Source: an uncultured Caulobacterales bacterium
Lineage (GTDB): Bacteria > Pseudomonadota > Alphaproteobacteria > Caulobacterales > Parvularculaceae
Direction: 5' to 3'
Length of the DNA stretch: 32,324 nt
Assembly (NCBI GenBank): GCA_964529135.1
Contig: CAZGVP010000001.1
Coordinates: 1-32,324 of the forward strand
The position numbers and the translations under genes were made by a program. Under the pieces are notes generated by a model that saw nothing but the letters and a program-made list of their open reading frames with translations, searched no databases and was not told the origin of the DNA. Below, piece by piece: positions 8,126 through 17,964 of the stretch (positions are counted from its first letter, which is position 1; each line of letters starts with the position of its first letter).

Positions 8126-9442
8126 ATGCGTCTGTTCTCAATTTTTATATTGGCGGCTTTGTCTTTTTTAAACACTGCATTTTTTACATTTGCAGCCGCC
8201 GACGGTTTGTCAAAAGCTGATCAGGATCGTCTCGAAGCACGAATCATCGCGCTGTCCCAATTCGGTGCAAACGAGGATGGTGGTGTTGATCGTGTTGCTT
8301 ATTCGCAGGCTGATTTAGGTGCGCGTGCATGGGTGATGGAAGAAATGCGCACACAAGGGCTTGCTGATATCCGCATTGATGCAGGAGGGAATATCCTGGC
8401 CCGGCGTCCTGGTACAGATATAGAGGCAAAGCCGATTATGATTGGTTCCCATATAGATTCAGTGTTGGGGGGAGGCAATTATGATGGCGATGTGGGTGTA
8501 GTAACGGCGCTTGAGGCGGTTGATCTTTTGAACGCAGCTGCCATTGAGATGCGCAGCTCACTGGATGTGGTGGTTTTCTCTAATGAAGAAGGCGGATTGA
8601 TTGGTTCACTTGCTTTAACAGGAGCGCTTGAACCTGATGCCCTTGATGTGGTTAGTGATGCTGGTATTACAATCCGTGAAGGCATTAAAAAAATTGGCGG
8701 CGACCCAGAACAATTTGAAAGAGACCGAATTAAGCCTGATGACCTTAAAGCCTTTATAGAATTACATATTGAACAAGGCGCAATTCTTGACGAGGAAAAA
8801 ATTAATATTGGTGTCGTGGAGGGTATAGTCGGCATAGAATGGTGGGATGTGGTGATTGATGGAACTGCAAACCATGCTGGGACCACGCCGATGAATAAGC
8901 GTAATGATGCATTGTTAGCTGCTGCCGGGTTTGTGCAACTAGTCAACAAGGTGGCTATTGAAACACCAGGTCGCCATGTTGCAACAGTGGGCCGGATCAA
9001 AGCTTTTCCGGGCGCTCCTAATGTTATTCCGGGTAAAGTAGAACTCAGTCTGGAAATTCGTGATCTTGAAACCACAAAAATTGAAAGCCTTTTTGAAAAG
9101 ATAGAGGTTGCGGCAACGGAAATGATGGAAAAAAGTGATGCATCAATTCTATTTAAACGGATTAATGTTGCGTCACATCCAGCCTTAACAAATACCGCAA
9201 TACGGACCAAAATCGCAGATGCAGCTAAGGCTTTGGGTTTGAGTTATCAATATATGCCCTCGGGGGCTGGTCACGATGCGCAAGACATGGCGCGGGTTGC
9301 TCCTACGGGGATGATCTTTGTACCGTCGGTAGGTGGCATTAGCCACTCCCCGAAGGAATTTACACGTACACAAGATATGGCCAACGGCGCGGATGTATTA
9401 GTGCGCACTATCCTCGCCATTGATGCTGACAATGAATTATAA
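8126..9442 (+). CDS. M20 family Zn-dependent amidase of the hydantoinase/carbamoylase (allantoate amidohydrolase / N-carbamoyl-L-amino-acid hydrolase) type, with an N-terminal signal peptide
   Basis: Motifs GGVDRVAYS, GSHIDSVLGGGNYDGDVGV, SNEEGG and NHAGTTPM. ATG 8126 is preceded by AGAGAGGAAA and gives MRLFSIFILAALSFLNTAFFTFAAA/DG. The ORF-track start at 8099 is TTG and overlaps the upstream stop. Confidence 0.85.
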   Translation: MRLFSIFILAALSFLNTAFFTFAAADGLSKADQDRLEARIIALSQFGANEDGGVDRVAYSQADLGARAWVMEEMRTQGLADIRIDAGGNILARRPGTDIEAKPIMIGSHIDSVLGGGNYDGDVGVVTALEAVDLLNAAAIEMRSSLDVVVFSNEEGGLIGSLALTGALEPDALDVVSDAGITIREGIKKIGGDPEQFERDRIKPDDLKAFIELHIEQGAILDEEKINIGVVEGIVGIEWWDVVIDGTANHAGTTPMNKRNDALLAAAGFVQLVNKVAIETPGRHVATVGRIKAFPGAPNVIPGKVELSLEIRDLETTKIESLFEKIEVAATEMMEKSDASILFKRINVASHPALTNTAIRTKIADAAKALGLSYQYMPSGAGHDAQDMARVAPTGMIFVPSVGGISHSPKEFTRTQDMANGADVLVRTILAIDADNEL

Positions 9443-9475
9443 ACAATAATGCTACCTAGTTTGCAGGAGATGACT

Positions 9476-10855
9476 ATGAAGAAGAAATTATTCGGTGCTG
9501 CCCTTGCTGTAATGGCTATAACGATGCCCGCCAAAGCAGATGACCTCCGCGATGCTGTGGCTGATGATTATGATTATATTGAAGCGCTCTATAAGAATTT
9601 TCATGCTAATCCTGAGCTTTCATTTCGTGAATCAGAAAGTGCGAAGCGTGTCACGAAAGAATTGGAAAGTCTTGGGTTTAAAGTAACCGACCATGTGGGT
9701 CGTAAATGGACACGAAAAAAAGCCAAAGCCGATGCAGGCGAAGTGTTGGATGGTGTGGATGGTTATGGCCTGATCGGTGTTTATAAGAACGGTGAAGGTC
9801 CCACTGTCTTGATTCGCGCTGATATGGATGCTCTGCCTTTGGAAGAAAAAACTGACGTCCCTTATGCGTCGAAAGTGGTGAGTACAGATTATTTTGGACA
9901 AGAAGCACCGGTTATGCATGCTTGTGGACATGATGTGCATATGAGCGTAATGGTGGGAGCTGCACGTCGTTTGGTGGCGATGAAAGACCAATGGTCTGGA
10001 ACACTCATTATGGTAGGGCAACCAGCTGAAGAGTTAGGTCTTGGTGCGCTTGCAATGATTGATGGCGGGTTGTTTTCGAAAATTCCGGAACCGGATTATA
10101 ATATTGCCCTTCATGTGACGGGCTCAGGCCCGGCGGGCACTATTGCTTATACTAGTGGCAATGCGCTCGCAGCAGTTGATACTGTTGATGTGATTGTTAA
10201 GGGTATTGGTGGTCATGGTGCCTATCCGCATGTGGCGGTGGACCCAATTTTGATTGGATCGCGGATCGTGACGACGTTACAATCTATTGTGGCGCGAGAG
10301 GTCAATCCGCTTGATGCTGGTGTGATAACAGTTGGTTCTTTTCAGGCAGGCTACAAACATAATATTATTCCCGATCAGGCGCACCTTAAGTTGACGGTTC
10401 GCTCCTATGATGCGGCTGTGCGAGAAAAGCTGCTTGATGGTATTAAACGTACCGCAAAAGCACAGGCGATTTCCGCCGGTTTGCCAGAGGAATTGCATCC
10501 TGAAATCACGATTGAGCAAGATAATCTGATATCAACCTATAATGAACCCGCCCTTACTGGACGCGTTGCAACAGCTTTGCAAGAGCGCTTCGGGGCTGAA
10601 AGAGTGGTCGCCTCGCCGCCAGTGATGGGTGGTGAGGATTTTGCTTATTTTGGTAAGACCGATGAGGAAATACCATCGTTCATTTTCTGGCTAGGCGGTG
10701 CAGACCCGGAAGCTTTTGCAAAAGGTCTTTCCGGGGAAGGGCCAAAACCGCCATCTAATCATTCCCCTTTCTTTGCACCTGTGCCAGAACCAACGTTGAA
10801 AACGGGGGTTGAAGCAATGACCGCTGCTGCACTTGATCTTTTCTCAGGCGAATGA
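9476..10855 (+). CDS. M20D family amidohydrolase (hippurate hydrolase / aminoacylase-like) with an N-terminal signal peptide
   Basis: Motifs HACGHDVH, GQPAEE and GGHGAYPH. AGGAGA at 9465-9470 lies 5 nt before ATG 9476. The N-terminus MKKKLFGAALAVMAITMPAKA/DD looks like a Sec signal peptide. Confidence 0.85.
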   Translation: MKKKLFGAALAVMAITMPAKADDLRDAVADDYDYIEALYKNFHANPELSFRESESAKRVTKELESLGFKVTDHVGRKWTRKKAKADAGEVLDGVDGYGLIGVYKNGEGPTVLIRADMDALPLEEKTDVPYASKVVSTDYFGQEAPVMHACGHDVHMSVMVGAARRLVAMKDQWSGTLIMVGQPAEELGLGALAMIDGGLFSKIPEPDYNIALHVTGSGPAGTIAYTSGNALAAVDTVDVIVKGIGGHGAYPHVAVDPILIGSRIVTTLQSIVAREVNPLDAGVITVGSFQAGYKHNIIPDQAHLKLTVRSYDAAVREKLLDGIKRTAKAQAISAGLPEELHPEITIEQDNLISTYNEPALTGRVATALQERFGAERVVASPPVMGGEDFAYFGKTDEEIPSFIFWLGGADPEAFAKGLSGEGPKPPSNHSPFFAPVPEPTLKTGVEAMTAAALDLFSGE

Positions 10856-10895
10856 AATCAGGCGGTAATTAATCAGTTTAAAGAGGGATAATCTC

Positions 10896-11639
10896 ATGCG
10901 TATTCTAATTATTCTCGTTGCCACTTTAACTTTACTGCTAGGGTTGTTGATGGCTTTTGGCGGACCGATCTCCCAGACGGGCCTGTTTGATTGGCGTATG
11001 GCGTTCACAATCATGCAAAAAGGTGCAATGCCATTAATGATTGGGGGTGGCCTGTCATTATTGGGGCTCATTATCGGCGTTGTTGGTAAACATCGCGGGA
11101 CGGTGGCGCCAACGCTTTTAGCTGTTCTCACTGCTGCTGGCGTTATGTTCACCCTAGGGAATATGCGTAGTGCCGGTGGCGAAAACCCTATCCATGATGT
11201 GACCACAGATTTCATTGATCCACCAGCTATCGTGGCAGGGGCTAATCTGGAGAGATTAAACCCACCAGGTTATGATAGTATCAATGAATATGGAGAAACT
11301 GGAAAAACCGTTACACAATGGCAAAATGAGCTTTACCCTGACATCGCACCGCAAACTTTCACGAAAGAACGCGGTGCTGTTTTTGATACTGCTTTGGATG
11401 TTGTAAGTTCAATGGGAATAACAATACTGGCTTCAGACAAACTTGTTGGCACTATTGAAGCTGTCCATACATCTCTCTGGTTTGGGTTTAGTGACGATTT
11501 TATTATCCGTATACGCGCAGATAGCAGTGGTACTCGTGTTGATGTGCGCTCAAAATCGCGTGTTGGTCGCTCTGACCTTGGCGCAAATGTGAAAAGGGTG
11601 CGTACTTTTCAGGCAAAACTGCAGGAAGCTTTGGGGTAA
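10896..11639 (+). CDS. Membrane-anchored DUF1499-like protein
   Basis: 247 aa. Three N-terminal hydrophobic helices, then a C-terminal domain ending DDFIIRIRADSSGTRVDVRSKSRVGRSDLGANVKRV. That ending matches my recollection of DUF1499. It is the last gene before a strong terminator. Confidence 0.65.
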   Translation: MRILIILVATLTLLLGLLMAFGGPISQTGLFDWRMAFTIMQKGAMPLMIGGGLSLLGLIIGVVGKHRGTVAPTLLAVLTAAGVMFTLGNMRSAGGENPIHDVTTDFIDPPAIVAGANLERLNPPGYDSINEYGETGKTVTQWQNELYPDIAPQTFTKERGAVFDTALDVVSSMGITILASDKLVGTIEAVHTSLWFGFSDDFIIRIRADSSGTRVDVRSKSRVGRSDLGANVKRVRTFQAKLQEALG

Positions 11640-11661
11640 TTTCTACGTTAAACCTTTGATT

Positions 11662-11694
11662 AAAAAAACCTCGGCAAATATGCCGAGGTTTTTT
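11662..11694. terminator. Bidirectional rho-independent terminator between convergent genes
   Basis: AAAAAAA-CCTCGGCA-AATA-TGCCGAGG-TTTTTT. This is an 8-bp GC-rich stem (11669-11676 / 11681-11688) with a 4-nt loop, an A-run on one side and a T-run on the other. Confidence 0.85.
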
Positions 11695-11712
11695 GTAAGA
11701 TGTTCGAGATTA

Positions 11713-13020
11713 TTAATCACGCATATCAATGCTGGTAAAATTGCGTATCCCTTCGCCAGTATATATCTGGCGGGGGCGGCCAATTTTCTGGTTCGGATCC
11801 TCAAGCATTTCTGACCATTGTGCAATCCAGCCAACAGTACGCGCAAGAGCAAACAGAACTGTGAACATTTCTGTGGGGAAACCGAGGGCTTTGAGTGTGA
11901 TGCCGGAGTAGAAGTCAATATTAGGATAGAGTTTTTTCTCTACGAAATACGGATCTTCCAGTGCAATTTTCTCGAGCTCCATCGCCACTTGCAGCATGGG
12001 ATCATTTTGAACGCCAGTGGCGTTAAGGACCTCATGGGTTGCGGCGCGCATGACTTTGGCACGAGGGTCATAATTTTTATAAACCCGGTGGCCAAAACCC
12101 ATCAAGCGGAACGGATCTGATTTGTCTTTGGCGCGATCAATATATTCAGGGATACGATCAACACTGCCAATTTCAGCCAACATATTGAGTGCTGCTTCAT
12201 TGGCGCCGCCATGGGCAGGCCCCCAGAGAGACGCAATGCCAGCGGCAATACAGGCAAACGGATTTGCGCCAGATGATCCAGCAAGGCGAACAGTAGAAGT
12301 TGATGCGTTTTGTTCATGATCCATATGTAAGATAAAAATCTTGTCGAGGGCGTCTGCAAGCACGGGATCAACTTTGTATTCTTCTGCTGGTACAGCAAAA
12401 CACATGCGCATAAAGTTTTCGGTGTAATCCAGCGTGTTATCTGGAGAGATAAAAGGCTGGCCGATAGAATATTTATAGGCCATTGCCGCTATGGTCGGCA
12501 TTTTTGCAATCATTCTGTGGCTAGCGATTTTGCGTTGCATTGGATCATTGATATCAGTGGAGTCATGATAGAATGCAGCCAGTGCGCCGACCACACCGAC
12601 CATGATTGCCATAGGGTGCGCATCGCGGCGGAAACCATTAAAGAAGTTTTTCAGCTGCTCATGAACCATAGTGTGCATGGTGATAGCGTTATTAAACTCA
12701 TCAAATTCTGCCTTGTTGGGCAGCTCGCCCTTGAGAAGAAGATAGGCAACTTCTGTAAAGGTTGATTGTTCTGCAAGCTGATCAATGGGAAAACCACGAT
12801 AAAGAAGTGTGCCTTTTTGGCCGTCGATGAAAGTGATTTGGGATTCGCAACTACCCGTTGAAGTAAAGCCGGGGTCAAAAGTGAATGTGCCTGTCTGTTT
12901 GGCGAACGTGCGAATATCAACGACATTCGGACCGTCTGTACCTTCATAGACAGGGAATTCGCCTTTTCTGCCGTCATATTCCACATGCATTGTGCCGGCG
13001 GGTTTCATCTTGCTTTCCAT
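11713..13020 (-). CDS. gltA: Citrate synthase (type II)
   Basis: Motifs [14 protein letters not shown] and [15 protein letters not shown] prefer the start at 13020 ([17 protein letters not shown]..., 435 aa) because AGGAG lies 8 nt upstream. The ORF-track start at 13101 adds 27 unsupported residues. Confidence 0.93.
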   Translation of the reverse strand: MESKMKPAGTMHVEYDGRKGEFPVYEGTDGPNVVDIRTFAKQTGTFTFDPGFTSTGSCESQITFIDGQKGTLLYRGFPIDQLAEQSTFTEVAYLLLKGELPNKAEFDEFNNAITMHTMVHEQLKNFFNGFRRDAHPMAIMVGVVGALAAFYHDSTDINDPMQRKIASHRMIAKMPTIAAMAYKYSIGQPFISPDNTLDYTENFMRMCFAVPAEEYKVDPVLADALDKIFILHMDHEQNASTSTVRLAGSSGANPFACIAAGIASLWGPAHGGANEAALNMLAEIGSVDRIPEYIDRAKDKSDPFRLMGFGHRVYKNYDPRAKVMRAATHEVLNATGVQNDPMLQVAMELEKIALEDPYFVEKKLYPNIDFYSGITLKALGFPTEMFTVLFALARTVGWIAQWSEMLEDPNQKIGRPRQIYTGEGIRNFTSIDMRD

Positions 13021-13112
13021 ATGAAAGGCTCCTGTCATTACTTTTGTTGTTTTGCAGCGCAATATAGGCAAATCTGGCCAGAGGCCAAGACAAGTTTTCA
13101 CACAATTGCGCG

Positions 13113-14558
13113 TTAAATCCTGTCTTTTAGTCTTGCCAAGGATTCTGCAGGTCCAAGGGCGAACAGAACTTCTCCCAGTGAGGGGGAAGGAGAGCCAGCA
13201 GTCAGGCTTGCACGCACCGGTTGGCCGATCTGACCAAATCCAACATTTCTGGCGTCAGCAATGGCTTGTAACGTTGTTTCAAGCCTTGATGCATCTTCCC
13301 ATATAGTGTGGTTTCCCAAGGCTTCAATAACTGCTGTTAAAATTTCTGTAACACCTTCTTTTTTAAGAGGTTTTTCCGCTTTACCGGTGATTTCCAAAGG
13401 GCGTTTTTTGAGCAGAAATGCAGCACTGTCCTTGACGGCTGTCAGGGTATCACTGCGTTCCTTGAGAAATGGTGTGGCGCGCTCCAGTCTTGCAGTTTCT
13501 TCGTTACTGACCTGACCAAGAAAGGGAAGTGCTGCTTTGATAAAATCATTATTGGATAAGTCGCGCATATAGGCGCTATTTACATGATTCAGCTTATCAA
13601 GATCGAGCCGTGCGGGAGATTTATTGATGCCGTCAAGATCAAACAATTTAATAGCTTCATCCAGCGGGATGATTTCCTTATTACCATGGGCCCAGCCAAG
13701 TCGCAGCAGATAGTTGGTAATGCCAGCTGACAGATAGCCATCGTCGCGATAGGCTTCTACGCCAAGCGAGCCGTGGCGTTTTGACAGTTTTTTGCCGTCT
13801 GCACCATGAATCAAGGGAATATGGGCCCAAACGGGCACCGGCCAATCAAGGGCCTGATAAATTTGCTGTTGGCGAGCGCCATTGATCAGGTGATCATCTC
13901 CGCGGATTACATGGGTCACGCTCATATCATGATCATCGACCACAACGGCAAGATTATAGGTCGGCCCGCCATGACTTTGGCCATCTGCACCACTTCTCAA
14001 AATAATAAGATCATCAAGTGCATGGTTAGGGAATGCGACCCGGCCTTGCACGGCATCGTTCAGCACGGTTTCACCAGTTTGTGGGCCACGAAAACGTATT
14101 GCGTATGGGGCGTTTTCCGGCCATTGGTCTGGCCCTTTGTTGCGCCAAGGGCTTTCAAATCTAATCTTCTCAGCCATGGCTTTTTCCCTGGCCAGGTCAA
14201 GTTCTTCAGAGGTGAGATAGCACCGATAGGCGTGGCCGTTTTCCAGAAGTTGCAGTGCAATTTCGCTGTGGCGTTCCTGTTGGGCATATTGTGAGACCGG
14301 GGTTTCGTCAGGAGTAACCCCCAACCAGTTGAGGCCGTCAAGGATAGCCTGAACAGCGGCTTCATTATGGCGGGCGCGGTCAGTATCTTCAATCCGAAGC
14401 AAGAACTTGCCGCCGTGATGGCGCGCATAAAGCCAGTTGAAGAGGGCTGTGCGTGCGCCGCCAATATGCAGATAACCTGTAGGGGATGGAGCAAAGCGGG
14501 TGACGACTGCTCCGGTGTTGGAAGGGGTATTCATCATTGTTGGCATATCAGTTGGCAT
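13113..14558 (-). CDS. gltX: Glutamate--tRNA ligase
   Basis: [22 protein letters not shown] (HIGH motif) and KLSKRHG (KMSKS motif). The start is ambiguous among the ATGs at 14558, 14537 and 14534, and none has a clear RBS. Confidence 0.93.
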   Translation of the reverse strand: MPTDMPTMMNTPSNTGAVVTRFAPSPTGYLHIGGARTALFNWLYARHHGGKFLLRIEDTDRARHNEAAVQAILDGLNWLGVTPDETPVSQYAQQERHSEIALQLLENGHAYRCYLTSEELDLAREKAMAEKIRFESPWRNKGPDQWPENAPYAIRFRGPQTGETVLNDAVQGRVAFPNHALDDLIILRSGADGQSHGGPTYNLAVVVDDHDMSVTHVIRGDDHLINGARQQQIYQALDWPVPVWAHIPLIHGADGKKLSKRHGSLGVEAYRDDGYLSAGITNYLLRLGWAHGNKEIIPLDEAIKLFDLDGINKSPARLDLDKLNHVNSAYMRDLSNNDFIKAALPFLGQVSNEETARLERATPFLKERSDTLTAVKDSAAFLLKKRPLEITGKAEKPLKKEGVTEILTAVIEALGNHTIWEDASRLETTLQAIADARNVGFGQIGQPVRASLTAGSPSPSLGEVLFALGPAESLARLKDRI

Positions 14559-14817
14559 GGACGTTGACCGTCTTTCGTACTCTCTACCCCATATGAGGGG
14601 TAATTTTCTTTGGGTTCGTGACTAATATCGTTAGGGTTGGTGTTTTTAGCCTGTGTGCTTGGCGTCTAGCACATTAATTCAAAGGGCGCACATCATTGAT
14701 GACAAGGCATGTAAGGGGGTGCAGGTGAATGACTGGGTAAGTGTAGATCACAGTGCCTCCCCTAAAGCACGCGAGAATGACACACGCCAGAAGGTTGCCA
14801 GAAAAGATTTCGCGCAG

Positions 14818-16995
14818 ATGATCAAACGGGCTGGTGCGAATTTTCTTCCCGGCAATGCTAGCTTATGGTTACGATTGTCCGCATTGCCAGTGTTGCGTCG
14901 ATGGCTGGGCGTTGAGGAAGAGCGTCTTGCCTTGTTTGTTCCTGTTTTTTTTGCAGTAGGCATCGGGTTGTATTTCAGCCTTGCAACGGAGCCTGCATTC
15001 ATGCCTGCCCTAATGGTGATGGTGGCAACGTTAATTGCGCCGCGTTATGCTGGATCGACGATGGCAATAATGCGTCTTTTCATAGCGATAATATCTATTG
15101 TTACGGCTGGTTTTGTCACGGCAAAAATACGTACATTCATTGTTATGGCACCCATATTGGAACGTGAGATCGATTTTGCTGATGTTGAGGGTAAAATAGT
15201 TCGTGTGGAACATCGTTCGAATGGGTGGCGTGTCATTGTTGAACCATCATTTATTGAAGGTCTGGCCAAGGATCAAACACCCAAACGTATACGGCTTAGT
15301 TGGCGAGGAAAGAATTTTGAGGCTCATGCTGGTGATGTAATTGCATTGCGTGCAGGCTTGTCTCCGCCGCCGCCGCCTGCCATCCCGGGGGGGTATGATT
15401 TTGGGCGTCATCTTTATTTTCAGAAAATCGGCGCTGTGGGGTATGCAGTTTCATCACCAACAATCATGTCTCGCGCGCTTCCAAGTGGATGGATTGCAAG
15501 GGTTGGTACGGTGATGCCCGTTGTCGTAGAAACAATGCGCAAGAACATTTTCACACGAATACTTAATGCCACGAACAGTGAAGGTGGTACTATTGTGGCA
15601 GCTATTGTTACCGGCAAACGTGAAGCTATCCCACCAGATGCAGAGGCAGCGTTGCGCGATTCTGGGCTTGCGCATTTGTTGGCTATATCTGGGCTTCACA
15701 TGGGCCTTGCAACCGGATTGATCTTCTTTGGGGTGCGTTTTCTTCTTACGTTAAACACACGCTTTGCGCTTTCCAAACCTATAAAAAAATGGGCGGCGCT
15801 TGCGGCTCTTGCAAGTGGTTTTGCCTATTTGGTGATCTCCGGCAGTGGGTGGTCGGCACGGCGCGCGTTTATTATGTCGTCTATTATTTTTGTCGCAATG
15901 CTGACAGATCGGCGGGCATTGTCACTGCGTAATGTTGCTGTTGCGGCAATGATCATCTTGATTTTTACCCCGGAAGCATTATTGCATCCGGGGTTTCAGA
16001 TGTCCTTTGCGGCTGTCACCGCTTTGATTGCAGCGTATGAATGGGGTACGGATTATAACCGTAGAAAAATTGAAACGGGCGCGACGATAAAGGGTATCGA
16101 TCATTATTCATGGTGGCAGCGCTTTCGACGTTATGCGGTTGGTATTGCGGGAACAGATACAATTGCGGCGATCGCGACAGCGCCGTTTGCGTTGTATCAC
16201 TTTCACCGAACCGCGATTTATTCATTGCCGGCAAATATTATCGCAATGCCATTAATGGGGTTATGGATCATGCCCATGGTCATTGTGGCATTGCTTGTGA
16301 TGCCAATAGGCCTTGATGGTTTTTTCTGGCGTCTGGCGGCGTCGGGTATAGATGCAATTTTGTTTACCGGGCGCAGCGTCTCAGATTTGCCGGGCGCAAC
16401 TTCCCTCATTCCCAGTCAATCATCGTTCTGGTTACTGATTTTATGTTTTGGGGGTGTTATTCTTTGCTTGCTAAAAGCGCCATGGCGGTTGACGGGGTTA
16501 GTTGCTGTACCATTAGCCATCATGATTATGATAATTACACCTAAGCCGACACTTATGATTTCTGGTGATGGTCAAAATGCAGGCGTGTTGGTGAACCATG
16601 AGGGTCGCGAACAATTAGCAGTTTTTGACCGGCGACGCGGGCGTTTTACCACTGGTGTCTGGATGGAAAGTCTGGGGTTTGATGGCGATCAACAAAAACC
16701 ACTGGTGATGCGCGATGTTATGCCTTGTGACCCTGAAGGCTGTGTTATTACTTTGGGGGGGCGTGTTGCGGCCATCTCCTCTCATCCCATCAGTTTGGCG
16801 CAAGATTGTTCAGGTGCTGATATTGTCGTGGCCCTTTACCCGGTTAATCGACGACTTGCCCCTGAATGTCGCGCGCTACTGCTTGATCGACGCGGCGCAT
16901 GGGAAGATGGGGCAAGATCTTTGTGGGTTCAAGGGAATGGATCAATTACAGTGCGGGCGGTGACGGGGCGCGGGCGAGACCGGCCTTGGCGATAG
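14818..16995 (+). CDS. comEC: ComEC/Rec2 family competence-type inner-membrane channel protein
   Basis: A polytopic membrane protein with the competence-domain signature LAHLLAISGLHMG. The start is uncertain. ATG 14818 (MIKRAGANFLPGN...) immediately precedes the first helices, whereas the ORF track extends to GTG 14653. Confidence 0.8.
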   Translation: MIKRAGANFLPGNASLWLRLSALPVLRRWLGVEEERLALFVPVFFAVGIGLYFSLATEPAFMPALMVMVATLIAPRYAGSTMAIMRLFIAIISIVTAGFVTAKIRTFIVMAPILEREIDFADVEGKIVRVEHRSNGWRVIVEPSFIEGLAKDQTPKRIRLSWRGKNFEAHAGDVIALRAGLSPPPPPAIPGGYDFGRHLYFQKIGAVGYAVSSPTIMSRALPSGWIARVGTVMPVVVETMRKNIFTRILNATNSEGGTIVAAIVTGKREAIPPDAEAALRDSGLAHLLAISGLHMGLATGLIFFGVRFLLTLNTRFALSKPIKKWAALAALASGFAYLVISGSGWSARRAFIMSSIIFVAMLTDRRALSLRNVAVAAMIILIFTPEALLHPGFQMSFAAVTALIAAYEWGTDYNRRKIETGATIKGIDHYSWWQRFRRYAVGIAGTDTIAAIATAPFALYHFHRTAIYSLPANIIAMPLMGLWIMPMVIVALLVMPIGLDGFFWRLAASGIDAILFTGRSVSDLPGATSLIPSQSSFWLLILCFGGVILCLLKAPWRLTGLVAVPLAIMIMIITPKPTLMISGDGQNAGVLVNHEGREQLAVFDRRRGRFTTGVWMESLGFDGDQQKPLVMRDVMPCDPEGCVITLGGRVAAISSHPISLAQDCSGADIVVALYPVNRRLAPECRALLLDRRGAWEDGARSLWVQGNGSITVRAVTGRGRDRPWR

Positions 16996-17073
16996 ATTGA
17001 TCTCAAGCTGAGGCTTCTGGTGGACAGGGTGATCACGCTGTTTCATACTCACCTAAAAAGGGAAGGGTCACTA

Positions 17074-17880
17074 ATGAATCCCGAAAATTATGTTATTCTT
17101 GGCGTCTTTCTTGGCTTTATTGCGCTGGAATTAATATTTACAAATTTTTTGCGTAAAGACCGTCAAACCCGTGATGACGGCGTTGTTGAGATTGTCAGCA
17201 CATTTACGCTGATTTTATTTACCCAGCCGTTTATTCTGTTTGCAGCTGCTGCCTTAATGGGGGTTGTGTTCCCTCAAGCTGCTGGTTCATGGGCAGGGTT
17301 GCCCATTTTGGCGCAAATATTGTTGTTTCTTGTTCTCGATGACTTGACCCAATATTGGTGGCATCGTGCATCCCATAGTTTTCCATGGTTATATAAGTTG
17401 CATCGCCCTCATCATAATGGTGAATACCTCTCTATACGAACGGTTTATCGGAATAATTTTTTCTACTATCTACTGATGCCGGGTATTTGGCTTTCCGGTA
17501 TGCTTATTTATCTTGGGTTAGGATGGGTATATGCAGGGTATCTGATGTTCAAAATGTCGGTAATTTATGGCGCTCATTCTGATGTGCGCTGGGATGAAAA
17601 ACTATATACTATAAAGTGGCTTTCCCCGGTGATGTGGGTGGTGGAGCGAACGATCTCAACGCCTGCAACTCATAGCGCTCATCACGGAAAATATGCAAGT
17701 GATCCTGCTACAAATTATAAAGGTAACTATGGCAATCTTCTGTTTTTTTGGGATGTTTTGTTCGGTACTGCAAAAATCACACGAAGCTATCCCGAACGTA
17801 TGGGTGTAGAAAATTTACCCGATACAGGCGCAGCAGAGCAATTATTCTGGCCGGTGGTGCGGGGTAGGGTAAAATCATAA
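17074..17880 (+). CDS. Fatty acid hydroxylase / sterol desaturase superfamily membrane di-iron oxygenase
   Basis: Three histidine boxes: WWHRASH, HRPHH and HSAHH. ATG 17074 (MNPENYVILGVF...) is preceded by AAAAGGGAAGGG. The ORF-track start at 17020 is less likely. Confidence 0.8.
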   Translation: MNPENYVILGVFLGFIALELIFTNFLRKDRQTRDDGVVEIVSTFTLILFTQPFILFAAAALMGVVFPQAAGSWAGLPILAQILLFLVLDDLTQYWWHRASHSFPWLYKLHRPHHNGEYLSIRTVYRNNFFYYLLMPGIWLSGMLIYLGLGWVYAGYLMFKMSVIYGAHSDVRWDEKLYTIKWLSPVMWVVERTISTPATHSAHHGKYASDPATNYKGNYGNLLFFWDVLFGTAKITRSYPERMGVENLPDTGAAEQLFWPVVRGRVKS

Positions 17881-17885
17881 TGTAA

Positions 17886-17909
17886 AATATTCGCCTAATA
17901 TTCGCCTAA
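17886..17909. repeat. 11-bp perfect tandem duplication (AATATTCGCCT x2, plus a partial unit)
   Basis: Read directly: units at 17886-17896 and 17897-17907, followed by AA. It begins 6 nt after the stop of the upstream gene. Confidence 0.9.
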
Positions 17910-17964
17910 GTTGAAACCTCTGCATTATATCTTATGTTCTTGGGCGTGATGGACGGGGTATAAT

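Noticed and set aside
8479-9210. Long antisense ORFs inside well-supported genes: 243 aa at 8479-9210, 205 aa at 21446-22063, 207 aa at 25850-26473, 131 aa at 1622-2017, and the 150-aa ORF at 30951-31403
   Set aside because: Each lies opposite a gene with clear catalytic motifs, or in the case of 30951-31403 spans a promoter region and the start of the opposite gene. They translate to low-complexity Ser/Thr/Pro/Arg-rich sequence, lack an RBS, and are the expected open-frame shadows of coding strands.
14585-14602. Hairpin TACCCC-ATATGA-GGGGTA followed by a T-rich stretch, in the gltX/comEC divergent intergenic region
   Set aside because: It has only a 6-bp stem. It is oriented as a + strand terminator, but no + strand gene lies upstream of it. 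It could be a gltX 5'-UTR element, but nothing here supports a specific function. I also looked for an alphaproteobacterial SOS box (GTTC-N7-GTTC) upstream of comEC and found only GTTC-N11-GTTA.
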